DNA of 59,890 nt, filler included, from Trypethelium eluteriae (Eukaryota): the NCBI GenBank assembly GCA_051942245.1. It is 3 parts of 3 records of this genome, joined end to end, with 100 filler letters (N's around TTAATTAATTAA, not from the genome) between each part and the next. Parts side by side here need not be neighbours in the genome. Positions count along the whole stretch, not along the records: positions 40,039 to 59,890 come from JAVECL010000513.1; 2 more parts are not named here. One strand, written 5' to 3'. Below, piece after piece: positions 58,594 through 59,890 of this stretch (the first letter of the stretch is position 1; each line of letters starts with the position of its first letter). Position numbers and translations under genes: made by a program. The notes below the pieces were generated by a model. That model did not search any database. It was not told the DNA's origin and was given only the letters and a program-made list of their open reading frames with translations.

Positions 58594-59890
58594 TTAGGAA
58601 GAAACAGTCACCGTCTCCCCAATATCACAGAGACCGACTTCTTGGCCCCAACGCAGTCCAGCTTTTTCGCATGACTCCTTCCATCGCCGTGGTGGCTCCC
58701 GGACATCCTCATACTGAGCGCTAAGTCCCCCCCTTACCGTGCCCCAATGCATACCTATACTTTTTCGACTCTTAATATCTCTGTGTATGCAGGCAGAGTC
58801 TTCCGGGGCACAATGAACGGTCGACATAAAACTTGGAGGAGAGTAGAGGCCAATTGGAAGCAGAGCCAGATTGAAGGGACCATAGAGATTACCAATTTCT
58901 GAGAAGGCCGGGCAATGAGGTAAAGTTGAAAGATCCTTTGGCTCTGGGGAGGGTCTAGCACGGTAACCGGTGTCGCCTGCTGAAAGATTAACATAGCACA
59001 GCACATATTGATTTGGCAGACAGTGCTGTGTACTGTTGGGTTTGGAAAGAGTATGGTACACGCATTTAAAATGGAAAGCCCGCAACCTACCTGCAAAATA
59101 AAGCTTTCTTGGCACACTGATGGGCTTTCCTTTGGGCGAACTGTCTCCTTTATCCGATAGTCCCAAGTTTTCCTCGATCACCCAGGAACACCACAGCCCA
59201 GCACCCATATTCCAAACCGCTCGTCCGCTGAAATGCTGCGCGGGAGTACACACAATCTTTACTTTTCCTACTCCCTCCACTTCCACCTCTACCCCGTCCC
59301 ACCAGTCCATTTCAACTACATCCTCTCCTCTCACCCCGATTCCTTCAAGACACCCCTTATTCCCGATCCCACACAAATATCTTACCCGTCCTTTCCCCAT
59401 TCTGTCCACCTCCCTTATCGTCGCCGCATCCAAATGATCATAATGATTATGACTGATCACCACCACATCCACCTCCGGCAGCTCCTCCAACTTACACGGC
59501 GTCGGCGTATACCGCTTCGGACCAAACCACTGGCTTGGGCTTGTCCGCTCGCTGAACACCGGATCCAGCAGAATCCTCACCCCTCTCTGCTTTCCCCTTT
59601 CGCTTCCCTTTTGTTCTCCCTTTCCGCCGTTCGTCGCCATCGTCGTCGTCTCGATCAAGAAGCTAGCATGCCCAATCCACGTCGCCTTGAGCCCGGGTTT
59701 CCCCTTCCCCCAGTCAGGCTTCCGGACCCCCACGAGCTCTGTGCGGTCGCTGGGCACGGGGACGAAGTTGCGGTTGCGTCCGAAGCGTGTCTCCAGCGCG
59801 GAGAGGAGGCCATTGTGGGGGCCGGCGGAGGGCCAGGGATTGCGAAAGGAGCTTGGGGGAGAACCGACATGGTGGGCCGGGTTGGTAGAG
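58594..59890 (-). CDS. NAPE-specific phospholipase D / Fmp30-like metallo-beta-lactamase fold (5' end outside window); exons <59890-59091, 58976-58594
   Basis: HH...FRNPWPS, ATWIGHAS, LLDPVFS, ISHNHYDHLD, TPAQHFSGR, YFAG|DTGY, LLPIGLYSP, IGMHWGT. Confidence 0.9.
   Translation of the reverse strand, partial: STNPAHHVGSPPSSFRNPWPSAGPHNGLLSALETRFGRNRNFVPVPSDRTELVGVRKPDWGKGKPGLKATWIGHASFLIETTTMATNGGKGEQKGSERGKQRGVRILLDPVFSERTSPSQWFGPKRYTPTPCKLEELPEVDVVVISHNHYDHLDAATIREVDRMGKGRVRYLCGIGNKGCLEGIGVRGEDVVEMDWWDGVEVEVEGVGKVKIVCTPAQHFSGRAVWNMGAGLWCSWVIEENLGLSDKGDSSPKGKPISVPRKLYFAGRLRAFHFKCVYHTLSKPNSTQHCLPNQYVLCYVNLSAGDTGYRARPSPEPKDLSTLPHCPAFSEIGNLYGPFNLALLPIGLYSPPSFMSTVHCAPEDSACIHRDIKSRKSIGMHWGTVRGGLSAQYEDVREPPRRWKESCEKAGLRWGQEVGLCDIGETVTVSS

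Overview
Eukaryotic DNA from a filamentous ascomycete (Pezizomycotina-like: short GT-AG introns with CTRAC/CTAAY-type branch points, dense gene packing). The window is not contiguous. It is three ~20 kb pieces (1-19924, 20025-39938, 40039-59890) joined by identical artificial 100-bp spacers (N44-TTAATTAATTAA-N44), and genes are cut at every junction. About 19 protein genes can be modelled by hand: an epoxide hydrolase start, a giant ZNFX1-like SF1 helicase/triple CbbX-AAA+ gene, a divergent Rai1/DXO-like nuclease, Pol X (mu-like), SDR, BVMO, TFB4, taspase, UMP1, a UBL3-like protein, GH11 xylanase, ERG8, a PPR protein, an MFS transporter, striatin, a MATH-USP-MORN-RING protein, DYS1, SNT1, an AT-hook protein and NAPE-PLD. 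There is also one Tc1/mariner-type MITE. The best candidate for an undescribed system is the head-to-head pair at 737-9998 (ZNFX1-like RNA helicase plus three AAA+ modules, facing a DXO-like nuclease), which may be a fungal RNA-surveillance or antiviral module. In this sequence the helicase gene carries one in-frame TAA, and three of its four Walker A motifs are each split by a 53-nt intron. A recurring C-rich to G-rich skew switch inside coding regions, coinciding with contig ends, is also notable. All gene models and family calls come from reading motifs by eye; no database searches were run.
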